Below, piece after piece: positions 22,406 through 32,600 of a stretch of 64,000 nucleotides of DNA; the first letter of the stretch is position 1, and every line of letters starts with the position of its first letter. Source of the stretch: a bacterium (GTDB taxonomy: Bacteria > SAR324 > XYD2-FULL-50-16); contig JAVVEA010000014.1 in the NCBI GenBank assembly GCA_032250835.1, positions 28,375 through 92,374 of the forward strand, given 5' to 3'. A program made the position numbers and the translations under genes. The notes under the pieces were generated by a model, which was not told where the DNA came from, searched no databases, and saw nothing but the letters and a program-made list of their open reading frames with translations.

Positions 22406-23814
22406 CGTCTTTTTCTCCCCATTAAAGAAACCCGCCGGACTACCTGGGGGTCTAGTAAGTCCCAAGCCGGACCCCGGTAGCCTCGCTCAAAGAGCTGGTT
22501 GAGTAGAGCTTGGTTCGGTGCCGGTCCCAATCCGGGGACCTGCCAAAAAGAATCGCCTTGGGCTAGTTGCTGCAACCGGGCTCGAACTGGCTCTTGGCCG
22601 ATCTTAGGTGAAAGATAAAAACGTGGTTCACGCAGGTCGTCGGTCCGGTCAATCAAGCCATCGGCAAGGGCGCGTTGGGCGAGTTGCGTGTTGGGGAAGA
22701 TGCGGGGCCCCAAAAAGGCAATGGCGGCGGTGGGGCGGTGTTGTTCAAAAAGTTCCAAGGTGGCTTCAAAGCTTTCTTCGTCTTCGTCTGGACCCATAAA
22801 AATCAGGTAATGTGCCGCCGGTAGACCGGCCTGATTGCAGGCCTCGATGCTGCGGCGGATGTCTTGGGGGCTGAAGTCTTTTTGCAGGCCCGCTAGCGTC
22901 TTGGGGTGGGCCGCATCGGTGCCAAATTCCAAGCCGAGACAGCCGCTTTCTCGGAATAGTTCGGCTAGTCTTTGGTCGAAGCCCCGGGGGCTGGCAAAGG
23001 CGTACCAGCCAATATCCAGCCGGGCCTTGATGAGCGCCTGGGCCAGTTCGGCCGCCTGATGGGTGGGGTGGTTGAAGACATCATCCACAAAAAACACCGG
23101 CCCCTTGAGCCCCCGCTCCTTCAGTGCGGCCAAATCCCGCACCACCGAAGCGGTCGGACGGGTCGAAGTCGCGGTGCCGCTGATCGCCGGGTAGGTGCAG
23201 TAGGAACATTTAAAGGGGCATCCTCGTTTGGTCAAGACGTTGACCAGCCCGCGCCGGGCCTCGTATTGTTCTAGGTCAATCAAGCCATAGCCCGCCGGTT
23301 GGTCAAAGGCGGCGGCGGTTTTGGGGTTTTGGTGCCAGGTCTCTCCTTCTATCCAGCAAAGCCCCGGCACCTGGGTCATGGGTTGGTTTTGGGCCAGGGC
23401 GTCTAAAAAGCTCAAGATCGACCCTTCCCCCGGTCCGACCACCCCCCACTGGGCCCCCGAAAGCTGCAAGATCAACTGAGGCATGATGGAAAACCCACTG
23501 CCGCCCAAGATACGCGGTGCGGGCGATAACTGCCCACAAAGCTGGATCAGCCGGAGGATCCGGGGTAGGTAGTGGGTTTGTTGGATCAAGGAGACATTGT
23601 CAATATTGCGGATAGAAAAGGCGACCACCTGGGGCTCCAAGTCGGTGATGGCTGCTTCGAGCTCTGCCGCGCCCTCCCCTGGGGCAAAACAGAGGTCTAA
23701 AAAAGTAAGCTCGTGGCCCGCCGAGGCGACGGCCTGACCGATGTAGGAGGCACCTAAAGGTGGCACAGGGTAGGGGAAGTGCTCGTTGTTGACGGCGACT
23801 AAAAGAACTTTCAT
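22402..23814 (-). CDS. B12-binding radical SAM protein, lipid-biosynthesis-associated type
   Basis: N-terminal PYPVPPLG..Y and SIRNIDN cobalamin-binding domain; KRGCPFKCSYC CxxxCxxC; FVDDVFN. Confidence 0.85.
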   Translation of the reverse strand: MKVLLVAVNNEHFPYPVPPLGASYIGQAVASAGHELTFLDLCFAPGEGAAELEAAITDLEPQVVAFSIRNIDNVSLIQQTHYLPRILRLIQLCGQLSPAPRILGGSGFSIMPQLILQLSGAQWGVVGPGEGSILSFLDALAQNQPMTQVPGLCWIEGETWHQNPKTAAAFDQPAGYGLIDLEQYEARRGLVNVLTKRGCPFKCSYCTYPAISGTATSTRPTASVVRDLAALKERGLKGPVFFVDDVFNHPTHQAAELAQALIKARLDIGWYAFASPRGFDQRLAELFRESGCLGLEFGTDAAHPKTLAGLQKDFSPQDIRRSIEACNQAGLPAAHYLIFMGPDEDEESFEATLELFEQHRPTAAIAFLGPRIFPNTQLAQRALADGLIDRTDDLREPRFYLSPKIGQEPVRARLQQLAQGDSFWQVPGLGPAPNQALLNQLFERGYRGPAWDLLDPQVVRRVSLMGRKRR

Positions 23815-24413
23815 GGCTGCCGTTCGCTTGCCGAAAAAAGGGCTTGTTCGGCCGAGGTGGGTTGGGCCAGCTCCGTGACGCCGCTAAAGCGGATCGTTGT
23901 TTGGCCGCCTTTGGCTTCGGTGAGTTGAACCTCAACCAGCCGGTCCTGCGGGTCCAGCCGCACCTGCAATTGGTCTAGCTGGGCGGCCAGACCGGGGTCT
24001 TTGGGCCGGGCGGTCAATTGACGTCCTGTCTTAAGGGGCTTCCATTGTAGCTCAAACCGCTCGGCTAGATCCATCAGCTGGCCACTGAAGAGCGGTAACA
24101 AAAGGCCCGCCACCAGGGCTTGACCGGCCTGGGGCGAGATCAGGGGGCTGCGCTCGCCAGCGTCGAGCTTGAACAATCCTTGCGGATTGATCAACAGGAC
24201 CTGGGCCAGCGGTTTCTCGGTGGTCCAGAGGATGCCCTGGCCCTGCCAAAAGACCATCTGGCCTTGGCTACGGAAGGGCCGCTTCAAAAAAGGTTGGCTT
24301 CGTTCTTGGGTGAACTGCGCCCGGTAGCTGGGCAGGGAGGAAGTGGCTTGGGCCACTAGAGGCTGGACCCAAAGGCCCAGTAGCCACAGTAAAGAAAGCA
24401 TGAGGCAGCGCAT
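23811..24413 (-). CDS. LolA-family outer-membrane lipoprotein carrier-like protein
   Basis: Signal peptide; AQFTQER, S.G...F, GILW..EKP, GG.T.I.F. Confidence 0.8.
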   Translation of the reverse strand: MRCLMLSLLWLLGLWVQPLVAQATSSLPSYRAQFTQERSQPFLKRPFRSQGQMVFWQGQGILWTTEKPLAQVLLINPQGLFKLDAGERSPLISPQAGQALVAGLLLPLFSGQLMDLAERFELQWKPLKTGRQLTARPKDPGLAAQLDQLQVRLDPQDRLVEVQLTEAKGGQTTIRFSGVTELAQPTSAEQALFSASERQP

Positions 24414-24475
24414 CAGCAGACCCTAAAGGAATTTCCTCTAAGGTAGCAGCCGTGCCCAAACAAGTAAACTAGGGC

Positions 24476-24919
24476 TTACAGGCTGGCAAAGCCCTGTTGC
24501 ATTTGCTCGACCAAGTGGCGTAGCTGTTCGAGCTTTGACTCGGCGACGCGGCCCCGGGTGTGGCGGATCACATAACTACCGGTCTGCATCAATACATGCC
24601 AGCGGGGCCGGTTGGGTAAGCTAGACAGATTGAGGTATTTATCGAAGGTCCGCAAGCGGCAGGTGCCGGTGGTTTCGATGGTCACCGTCCACAGACCCGA
24701 TTCGAGGGCTAAGTCGATTTTGTCTTTGCCCGTACCTTGCTCCCAAAGGTCCAAGGCTTCCCGCAGCAACTCGACACAGAGGCCGCGCATCCATTGGAGG
24801 TGGTCTTCGGGGTTCTGCTGTTTCCGATTTGGTTCACCGAAGAGTTCGCGCGAAAACGAGGGCTTGCTGAAAGGCACTTGCGGGTGGGTCCTATTCATGG
24901 TTCCTCCGGGGTTGATCAT
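24476..24919 (-). CDS. Stand-alone ChiS-DBD-like protein
   Basis: ALDLWEQGTGKDKIDLALESGLWTV...RLRTFDKYLNLSSLPNRPRWH....TG.YV; GGAGG RBS before the alternative ATG at 24898. Confidence 0.75.
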   Translation of the reverse strand: MINPGGTMNRTHPQVPFSKPSFSRELFGEPNRKQQNPEDHLQWMRGLCVELLREALDLWEQGTGKDKIDLALESGLWTVTIETTGTCRLRTFDKYLNLSSLPNRPRWHVLMQTGSYVIRHTRGRVAESKLEQLRHLVEQMQQGFASL

Positions 24920-25083
24920 TAGGTTGCCTAAGAAGATAGTCTCAAAGGAGGGGGGAGACTGTAAGAGGCGGGTTCCGCATTGTTTGTGGGTTTTTTCCCT
25001 TCTTTTATAAAAATCCGTCCCTTTCCTATGACCTATCTACGGCAGTAAGCTCGCTAGTTCTTTTGTTGATCAGTTTATATGGA

Positions 25084-25101
25084 TGTAGGAAAAGACCTAC
25101 A
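25084..25101. promoter_or_regulatory. Palindrome TGTAGG-N6-CCTACA with perfectly complementary arms, candidate NarL/GacA-type regulator box
   Basis: Lies in the divergent intergenic region; same geometry as the GacA box TGTAAG-N6-CTTACA. Confidence 0.5.
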
Positions 25102-25194
25102 GAGAATAGGGGTGAAGGATACCTTGCAGATCGACTCAACAGGGAAGATAATAAGTGAAGCCAGTGGCTTTGGGTAAATTATACAGGTGAAGAA

Positions 25195-25845
25195 ATGAAA
25201 AACGAAAAAATTAAAGTAGCCGTTGCCGACGACCACCCGGTGATCCGCAAAGGGGTCCAGGCCATCTTGGGGCAGTCGCCGGAGATTGAACTGGTCGCCG
25301 AATATGTTGGAGCCGTAGACGTCATGACGCACCTCAAGGACCGTCCTTGGGCAGTGTTGGTTTTAGATATCAACCTAAAAGACGGGAACGGCGTGGAGCT
25401 GACCCAGCAGATCATTGCCTTGCAGCCCCAGGCTCGTATCTTGATCCTGAGTATCTATCCCGAAGACCAATACGCCATGCGCGCCTTACGCGCCGGGGCG
25501 ATGGGGTATCTTAACAAAGACAGCATCCCAGATAAACTAGTTGACGCGGTGACGCGGATCGGGCGAGGCAAGCGCTTCATTAGTGAGGCCTTGGCCGATA
25601 TTTTGGCGCAGCAGGCCTTGGTCGGTGATAGCTCCGGGGCGCTACACAGCCGCCTTTCGGACCGGGAGTTTCAGGTGCTCTGCCTTTTTGCAGCCGGCAA
25701 GGCCAATCAAGAGATCGCATCCCACATGCATGTAAGCCCCAAAACGGTCAGCACCTACCGCGCCAGAATTTTAGAGAAGTTGGGGCTAAAAACCACCGCC
25801 GATTTGATCGGCTATGCCTTGTTGCACAATCTCAACCAGAATTAA
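25195..25845 (+). CDS. NarL/UvrY-family response regulator (REC plus LuxR HTH)
   Basis: VADDHPVIR, LDINL, LSDREFQVL, SPKTVSTYRARILEKL. Confidence 0.95.
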   Translation: MKNEKIKVAVADDHPVIRKGVQAILGQSPEIELVAEYVGAVDVMTHLKDRPWAVLVLDINLKDGNGVELTQQIIALQPQARILILSIYPEDQYAMRALRAGAMGYLNKDSIPDKLVDAVTRIGRGKRFISEALADILAQQALVGDSSGALHSRLSDREFQVLCLFAAGKANQEIASHMHVSPKTVSTYRARILEKLGLKTTADLIGYALLHNLNQN

Positions 25846-25967
25846 CGGCCTACTTTTTCAGTCAATCCTTGACCGATTAGGGCGCGTTTAGTCTAGACTG
25901 CATCGGTAGTCTGGGCCTCTAGGCCCCAAAACCGGCGCGGGGGCGGAACCGGTGGACCAGGACAAAG

Positions 25968-27905
25968 ATGCCCTTAATTTGGCTGATTCTCATTTTGTGG
26001 GCTTCGCCTTTGGCGGCCAGCGAACTGCCAACTCTAGATCAGGTACCTTTGGGCCCTTATCTAGAGTTGGCCGAAGACGCTGGGGCAGATTGGGACCTCA
26101 AGGCCGCTCAAGACGCCTATGTAGCGGGAGCCTTTAAGCCCAGCACCGGAGCGCAACCTAACTTCGGCTACGGCCCGCAGGCCATCTGGGCCCGCCTGGA
26201 ATTAGGCAACTCTACCGACCGAGTCCAGCGCCGTCTGCTGGAATTAGACAACCATTACCTAAACCAATATACCCTTTGGCAGATCAACCCTGAGGGTCTT
26301 GTGGAAACCCAACTGGGCGACCATTTGCCCTTTGCCCAGCGCCCGGTTCTTTACCGCAACTTTTTGGTTCCCCTGGATTTTAAGCCCGGCGAACAAAAGA
26401 TCCTCTGGGCCCGCATCGCGTCAAACAGCCGTCTGCGGATTAGCTTCAACCTCTGGAAGCTACCGCCCTTCGGGGCCCTGTTACAGCGCGAGTACCTAGC
26501 CTTTGGGCTCTATTTTGGTCTGATTGCGGTGATGGTCTGCTACAATCTCTTTCTTTACGGCGCGGTGGGCGACCGGGCTTACCTGTGGTACAGTGCTTAT
26601 ATCGCCAGCTTTGGGTTGGCATCGGCGGGTATTTCGGGGTTGTCTTATCAGTACCTATGGCCACAGAGCCTCTGGTGGAATGAACGGGCCATCTTTGTGG
26701 CCATGGAAGCGACGGAATTATGTCTGGTCTTGTTTACCCGCCGCTTTCTGTTTACCGCCCAGGACTTACCCCGTTGGGACCGGGTATTGTTGGCCTATGC
26801 GGTCTTCAATGGCTTGAGTGCCCTGTTGCCACTGTTGCCGTCAGACTACTGGTCCCCCACCTTCTTTTTGATCACCTGCTTCCCTAGCAGCCTGCTCTGC
26901 ATTGCTACGGCGGTCTATCGGTACCGTCGTGGATACCGCCCGGCCCGTTATTTCCTGCTGGCCTTTGTGTTGTTTTTTAGTGGTGTTTTGTTGTTTATCA
27001 GTGGTTCGTTGGGTCTGTTCGACGACGGTCCGCTGGTGCGTGGATTTATCTATATTGGCTCCGCTTTAGAGGTGGTGCTGTTGGCCTTCTCATTGGCTGA
27101 CCGGATCAACCTGCTACGCCAGGAAAAGGACTTAGCCCAAGGTGAAGTGGTGGCGTTGATGGAGCGGCAAACCGAGGAGCTCGAAACCTTGGTGGCCGAA
27201 CGAACCCAAGACTTAGCCGACAGCAACCGACAGCTGCAGCGGCTAGATGAAGAAAAAAGTCAGTTCTTGAGCATTGCCGCCCACGACCTAAAGACCCCTT
27301 TGGTGGGCGTAAACAGCTTCGCTGCGTTATTGCAGACTCAACTGCCCCCAGAGATGGCCGAATGCCGCGAATATGTGGATTATATCCGCCGCAGCTCGGC
27401 CGAGATGGGCGCACTGATCAGCAGTTTGCTCGACTTGGCCCGCATCGAGGATCAGGTCCAAAGGGAACCCGGGTTTGTAGCGGTAGCCATAGAGCATCAG
27501 GTAGCCGCGGCGGTAGAGCGGATCAAGCCCCAATGCCAGTTGGCCGGGGTGGGGATCGAGGTGGTTGGTTTGGTGCCAGAACAGACTTGGTACGGGCGGC
27601 CCGAATGGGTGGGTGAGGTGTTGGGTAATCTGCTCTCCAATGGGCTGAAGTTCGCGCCCCTGGGGAGCCAACTGAAAATCACGGTCCAATCCAAGGGGCC
27701 CATGTTGCGTTTGGCGGTTATCGACCAGGGCCCCGGAGTGCCGCCCGAGAAGGTAGCACATCTGTTTGAGCGCTTTTCCACTCCCGGCGGGGGACTGGGC
27801 TTGTATATCGTTAAATTGCTGGCTCAGCGGATGGACGCCGAAGTGGGCTACGAGGCGGTCCCACAAGGGGGAGCTTGTTTTTGGGTCCAGTGGCAAGCCT
27901 GCTGA
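25968..27905 (+). CDS. 7TM-DISMED2/7TM-DISM sensor histidine kinase
   Basis: NFGY...IWAR, GD.LPF..RP, YNLFLY, IAAHDLKTP, NLLSNGLKF, DQGPG, GGLGL. Confidence 0.9.
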   Translation: MPLIWLILILWASPLAASELPTLDQVPLGPYLELAEDAGADWDLKAAQDAYVAGAFKPSTGAQPNFGYGPQAIWARLELGNSTDRVQRRLLELDNHYLNQYTLWQINPEGLVETQLGDHLPFAQRPVLYRNFLVPLDFKPGEQKILWARIASNSRLRISFNLWKLPPFGALLQREYLAFGLYFGLIAVMVCYNLFLYGAVGDRAYLWYSAYIASFGLASAGISGLSYQYLWPQSLWWNERAIFVAMEATELCLVLFTRRFLFTAQDLPRWDRVLLAYAVFNGLSALLPLLPSDYWSPTFFLITCFPSSLLCIATAVYRYRRGYRPARYFLLAFVLFFSGVLLFISGSLGLFDDGPLVRGFIYIGSALEVVLLAFSLADRINLLRQEKDLAQGEVVALMERQTEELETLVAERTQDLADSNRQLQRLDEEKSQFLSIAAHDLKTPLVGVNSFAALLQTQLPPEMAECREYVDYIRRSSAEMGALISSLLDLARIEDQVQREPGFVAVAIEHQVAAAVERIKPQCQLAGVGIEVVGLVPEQTWYGRPEWVGEVLGNLLSNGLKFAPLGSQLKITVQSKGPMLRLAVIDQGPGVPPEKVAHLFERFSTPGGGLGLYIVKLLAQRMDAEVGYEAVPQGGACFWVQWQAC

Positions 27906-28006
27906 ATTGGACTTTTACTGGTTCTTTACCTAAGATGAAGCTAGGCCACGCGGACATGCCCCCTTTTCGTTCCCAAGTTGTGGTGAATTTTAGTCCCGTC
28001 CCCCCA

Positions 28007-29713
28007 ATGCAAACAGGTTTCAGTCCAAGGGAAAATAGCCTGCTCGAACGAGTGCGTCAGCGCCTGAGCGGTATCTACGGCATCGAAGACACCTATCAGG
28101 TGGTCATGCCACGCTTGCTCCAATTGCTGCGCCTTTACCGCCAAGCGACGCCCGAGGCGCACAAGGAGCGCTGGGACCAGCATGACTGCTTCCTGATCAC
28201 CTACGGCGACAGCCTCCACCAGCCCGATCAGGCTCCGCTAGCTAGCCTGCAACAGTTTTTGGGCCGCCATCTCAAAGCGGTGATCAGCACCATACACATC
28301 CTGCCCTTCTTCCCCTATAGCTCCGACGATGGCTTTTCGGTGATCGATTACCGCTTGGTCAAGCCCGACCTGGGCGAGTGGGACGACATTGCCCAAATTG
28401 GGAAGGATTTTGATTTGATGATGGACTTGGTACTAAACCATATCTCGCGCAAAAGCCTTTGGTTTCATGACTTTAAGTCAGGTCTGGAGCCCTACAATAA
28501 TTATTTTATTGAAGTCTCGCCCGACGAGGACCTAAGCCAAGTGGTCCGCCCCCGGCCCCATCCCTTGCTAGTGGAAGTTTTGACCCATCAGGAGGTCAAA
28601 CACCTCTGGGCGACCTTCTCGGTGGACCAGATCGACCTGAACTATAAATGCCCCCAGGTCTTTTTGGAATTTGTGGATATTTTGATGCGTTATTATGCTA
28701 TGGGGGCCCGGGTTGTCCGCCTGGATGCAGTGGCTTTTTTGTGGAAGGAATTGGGCACGCCCTGTATCCACCTCCCCCAAACCCATGAGTTGATCAAAGC
28801 CTTCCGCGACCTCTTCGAGTTGATCGACCCCGAAGGGTTGATCTTGACCGAAACCAACGTACCGCACGAAGAGAATGTCTCTTACTTCGGTCAAGGCGAC
28901 GAAGCCCATTTGGTCTATCAATTTGCGCTCCCCCCATTGCTGCTGCACGCCTTTTGGAGCGGCAAGGGGCAATATTTAAGCTCCTGGGCCAAAGACCTCA
29001 AGGCACCGCCCGAGGGCTGTAGCTTCATGAACTTTACGGCCTCACATGACGGCATCGGTCTGCGCGGTGCTGAAGGGATCTTGCCACTTGAAGAGCGTGA
29101 CTTGCTTTTGGCGGCCATGCGCTCTAGAGGTGGTTTTGTCAGTATGCGCTCCGTAGGTGAAGCCATGGAGCCCTATGAGATCAATATTGCCTATTACAGC
29201 GCCTTGGCCGAAGACCACGAGGGGCACCCTGAGTTACAAAGGGAAAGATTCATGGCCAGCCAAGCGGCGATGTTGTCTTTTAAAGGTATCCCGGCGATTT
29301 ATTTCAACAGTATGGTGGCCACTGAAAACGACATGTTGGGTGTGGAACTGACCGGGCGGACGCGGTCGATTAACCGCAAGAAGTGGCTCCTACCGGAGCT
29401 TGAGTCCCTGCTAGCGGACCCCCAAAGCCCCCAGGCCCAGGTGTTTGAAGGGCTCAAGCGGTTGCTGGCGGTACGCAAACAGCAACCGGCTTTCCATCCC
29501 GACGGCGAACAGGAGGTCTGGGACTTGGGCTCTTCTTTCTTGGCTTTGCTGCGCCGGGCCCCCCAAAGCGATCAGGTATTGTTGGCCTTGATCAACCTAA
29601 CCCCACATCCTCAGGCTTGGCCCGAGTTCTCCGGGGAGTGGGATGACCTGTTGGGCTCAGCGCCGGGCGCGGCGCTTAAGCCCTATCAGGTCTGTTGGTT
29701 GGTGCGGCGTTAG
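28007..29713 (+). CDS. GH13 sucrose-phosphorylase family enzyme, probably glucosylglycerate phosphorylase
   Basis: LITYGDS, HILPFFPYSSDDGF, RLDAVAFLWKE, TETNVP, ASHDGIG, YEIN, R.INR. ORF open from 27875. Confidence 0.88.
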   Translation: MQTGFSPRENSLLERVRQRLSGIYGIEDTYQVVMPRLLQLLRLYRQATPEAHKERWDQHDCFLITYGDSLHQPDQAPLASLQQFLGRHLKAVISTIHILPFFPYSSDDGFSVIDYRLVKPDLGEWDDIAQIGKDFDLMMDLVLNHISRKSLWFHDFKSGLEPYNNYFIEVSPDEDLSQVVRPRPHPLLVEVLTHQEVKHLWATFSVDQIDLNYKCPQVFLEFVDILMRYYAMGARVVRLDAVAFLWKELGTPCIHLPQTHELIKAFRDLFELIDPEGLILTETNVPHEENVSYFGQGDEAHLVYQFALPPLLLHAFWSGKGQYLSSWAKDLKAPPEGCSFMNFTASHDGIGLRGAEGILPLEERDLLLAAMRSRGGFVSMRSVGEAMEPYEINIAYYSALAEDHEGHPELQRERFMASQAAMLSFKGIPAIYFNSMVATENDMLGVELTGRTRSINRKKWLLPELESLLADPQSPQAQVFEGLKRLLAVRKQQPAFHPDGEQEVWDLGSSFLALLRRAPQSDQVLLALINLTPHPQAWPEFSGEWDDLLGSAPGAALKPYQVCWLVRR

Positions 29714-30930
29714 GCATTGTCCCGCTCTACGGCTAGTACTAGCTTAGAACCAATCTCCGGTGCCGCCGAAAAGACCCGGTTCCAGCTGGGCATGAAGGGG
29801 AGCTCATGTTGGGTGTTCGGGGGATCGAAAAACTGGCTCGCCGCCACGCTTAGGTTGTGGGCGAAGAGTTCCACCATCTTCTCTTCCTGGTGCCGGTCCA
29901 GTTGCAGACCGTTTAGTGCGGCATCGTTGGCATAGAGTTCCACGAAATCCAGGGCGATGCGCAGGTAGGTGGCGCGGATGGTGCGGAAGGTTTCGGTGGT
30001 GAAGACCTCGCCGAAGGTGGCCAGCTTGCGGAAGATCGCCGCAGAGATGTCGATGCTCATTTTGTTGAGCCCTTTACTCCGGTCCTCGGGATTAACGGTC
30101 TGGTGTTTGTGTTCGTAAGAATCAGCAATATCCACTTGGCAGATGCGGCCATAAGAATAGCTGCGTTGCACCTCGCTTAAAATCCCAATTTCTAAGCCCC
30201 AGTCGCTAGGGATGCGGATGTCTTTGACCACGTCCGAGTGCATGGCGAATTCCCCGGCAAGAGCGTAACGGAAGCTGTCGAGGTATTCTAAAAACTCGTG
30301 GTGGCCAAAAACCTTCTGCAAGGCACGGATCAAAGGAGTGACCAGCAACCGGCAGACCCGTCCGTTGAGCTTGCCGCTGTGGGCGCGGTAATAATAACCC
30401 TTGGCGAATTTGTAGTTAAAGTTGGGGTGGACGATAGGGTAGACCAGCCGGGCTAAGAGGCTACGGTTGTAGTCCACAATGTCGCAGTCGTGCAGCGCGA
30501 TGGCTTTGGCGCGGCCCTGGGCCAGTAGGTAGCCATAACAACCCCAGACATTGCGGCCCTTTCCCGGTTCACGCGGAGACAACTGTAACTCGGCCAACTC
30601 GCCCCAGACCTCCTGAAGGCGCGGGCCGTCGTTCCATAAGATGCTGTGTGGTTGGTTTAGCTTGGCGAAAAACTCCCGGGCAAATTCATATTGCCGTTCG
30701 TCGGCCTGATCTAAGCCGATCACGATTTCATCTAGATATTGGACCTTGGATAGTTCCTCAATAATCCTCGGCAGGGCGTCGCCTTCAAGCTCGCTAAAGA
30801 GGCTGGGCAGCAACAGGCCAATGGGGCGCTTTTTTCGGTAGCGCATCAAGTCGGCTTCGAGGTCTTCGGTGGGCCGCTGGCTGAGGTTGTGCATGGTGGC
30901 GATCACGCCATTTTGGAAAAAATCACCCAT
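29710..30930 (-). CDS. gpgS: Glucosyl-3-phosphoglycerate synthase (long GpgS-type glycosyltransferase)
   Basis: MGDFFQNG, PSLFSELEG, GKGRNVW, LHDCDI, GRVCRL, YALAGE, DWGLEIG. Confidence 0.85.
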   Translation of the reverse strand: MGDFFQNGVIATMHNLSQRPTEDLEADLMRYRKKRPIGLLLPSLFSELEGDALPRIIEELSKVQYLDEIVIGLDQADERQYEFAREFFAKLNQPHSILWNDGPRLQEVWGELAELQLSPREPGKGRNVWGCYGYLLAQGRAKAIALHDCDIVDYNRSLLARLVYPIVHPNFNYKFAKGYYYRAHSGKLNGRVCRLLVTPLIRALQKVFGHHEFLEYLDSFRYALAGEFAMHSDVVKDIRIPSDWGLEIGILSEVQRSYSYGRICQVDIADSYEHKHQTVNPEDRSKGLNKMSIDISAAIFRKLATFGEVFTTETFRTIRATYLRIALDFVELYANDAALNGLQLDRHQEEKMVELFAHNLSVAASQFFDPPNTQHELPFMPSWNRVFSAAPEIGSKLVLAVERDNA

Positions 30931-30945
30931 AAAGGCTCTCCTTTT

Positions 30946-31731
30946 TTAAAATCCAAAGTATTGTTGCATTGCCTGACACCACCCCGTTGGCCCCGCCCCT
31001 TCGGGGCGCAAAACCTGCCCGGAATGGTGCAATTTTAAGGGGGCATTTTCCTGGGCACTTAAAACCACCGCCACGTTGGCCGCTTCGAGCATGCCAATAT
31101 CATTGGGGCTGTCGCCCAAGGCGATGGTGACCGGTTTTTGGTCCCACATCTTTTGGTATCTACCGCTTAAAGAAATCAGGGCTCCGGCTTTATCGGTGGG
31201 GCCCATTAGGTGCCAAAACCGCCCGCCCCGGACCAGCTTGTAGCCCGCCACTTGGGCTGCATGGGCCAATTCTTTGGCCGCCTCGGGGCGGTCTTGCCAT
31301 AACAAAGGCTCGCTAAATTCACGCTCTTTGGCCTGTTGGGCTCGCTCGAGCGGAAGCCCGGTGGATTGGGCGACTTCTTCGGCAGACATACGGTCAAAAC
31401 CCACAAATTTGTATTGGTCATAATAAGGAGCAATGAAATCCAACAATTCCGCCCTAGTGGCCCCTAAGGTTTCGGCTCGCAAGGGACCTCGGCGGCCCTC
31501 GAAATAGCCTTCGGGGAGGTAGATGCCCCCGCCGTTTTCGCTAACAAAGGGGTGTTGTAGGTCCAATTCTTGTTGCAGGTCCTTCATTTCCGAAGCCGTC
31601 TTGCTGCTCACCAGCACCACCGGGATCGATTGGCTAGCGAGCCAATCTAAGGCGGGACGGGCGGCTTGGTAAGAATAGCTATGGTGGTCTAAGAGGGTCC
31701 CGTCTAAATCGGTGAAGATCAGGTGGTTCAT
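30946..31731 (-). CDS. HAD-IIB mannosyl/glucosyl-3-phosphoglycerate phosphatase
   Basis: FTDLDGTLL, SSKT, ENGG, REFSEP, GGRF.H, ALGDSPND. Confidence 0.9.
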   Translation of the reverse strand: MNHLIFTDLDGTLLDHHSYSYQAARPALDWLASQSIPVVLVSSKTASEMKDLQQELDLQHPFVSENGGGIYLPEGYFEGRRGPLRAETLGATRAELLDFIAPYYDQYKFVGFDRMSAEEVAQSTGLPLERAQQAKEREFSEPLLWQDRPEAAKELAHAAQVAGYKLVRGGRFWHLMGPTDKAGALISLSGRYQKMWDQKPVTIALGDSPNDIGMLEAANVAVVLSAQENAPLKLHHSGQVLRPEGAGPTGWCQAMQQYFGF

Positions 31732-32600
31732 TTAGACCCCCATTGGGGCAAGCCCGGCATGTGGTCTGCGGTGACCGGAACCACCACGTCGGCTACCTGA
31801 GGCAGGTCTGTTAACATCCACTGGGTCAGGCGCTGGTAATGGGCGATAAATCGTTCAAGCTGGGCATCGTCCATCCCTCGCTTGCCTGTGTTGGTCTCCA
31901 TACGACGCTCCTGATGGGTTCGCCAGGCCTTGACCTGAGTGAAACTGTCGGGCTTAAGTAAGATCAAGCCGTCTAGTTGAGAAAACAACTGGGCGTAGAC
32001 GCCTTTTAGTTGCTGATTGGCCCAGGCTCGCCAGATCCCCTCGGGGTCTTCTTGGGCTTCTAGCTGATTGACTGGCTGGCTAAGGTCCGCTTCGGGCTGG
32101 GGACGAGCCCCGACGCACCAACCCTCAAGGATCAACAAATCTAAATCCGGCCCCACTTCGGGCCAAAAGCGTCCCTCGGCGCGGTCATCGGCGAGTTTGT
32201 CAAAGCGAGGCAACCGGACGGCACCACCGCGGCGCAGGGCCAAGATCAGTTGGACCCCTAAGGCTAGGTCATGGGTTCCGGGCACGCCCCTGGTGGCAAA
32301 AAGCGGGTGGTGCGTTTCGGCCAGCAACTGGCGTTCCGCCTTGGTTTTGTAGAGGTCGTCTATGCTGAGGCAGGCTGCCTTTTTGCCGCGAAGTTCTTCG
32401 GCGAGCAGGCGCAGGATTTCGGCGGTGGTGCTTTTACCGGTGCCTTGGGCTCCGTTGATCCCCAGCAGGATGGGGCGCTTTGGGCCTAGCCCCAAGGCCC
32501 AGTCCAATAAGGGGAGGTATAGTTGGTCGGTCAGTTGGGCCAGCTCGGCGGGCAGTTGTTCTCTTTGCAAATGGTCGGCGAGCAGCCTTTGGGCATTCAT
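31728..32600 (-). CDS. D-glycerate 3-kinase-like P-loop kinase
   Basis: GINGAQGTGKST, SIDDLY, RGVPGTHD, PRFDK..DDR, EGWCVG. ORF open to 32645. Confidence 0.85.
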   Translation of the reverse strand: MNAQRLLADHLQREQLPAELAQLTDQLYLPLLDWALGLGPKRPILLGINGAQGTGKSTTAEILRLLAEELRGKKAACLSIDDLYKTKAERQLLAETHHPLFATRGVPGTHDLALGVQLILALRRGGAVRLPRFDKLADDRAEGRFWPEVGPDLDLLILEGWCVGARPQPEADLSQPVNQLEAQEDPEGIWRAWANQQLKGVYAQLFSQLDGLILLKPDSFTQVKAWRTHQERRMETNTGKRGMDDAQLERFIAHYQRLTQWMLTDLPQVADVVVPVTADHMPGLPQWGSK

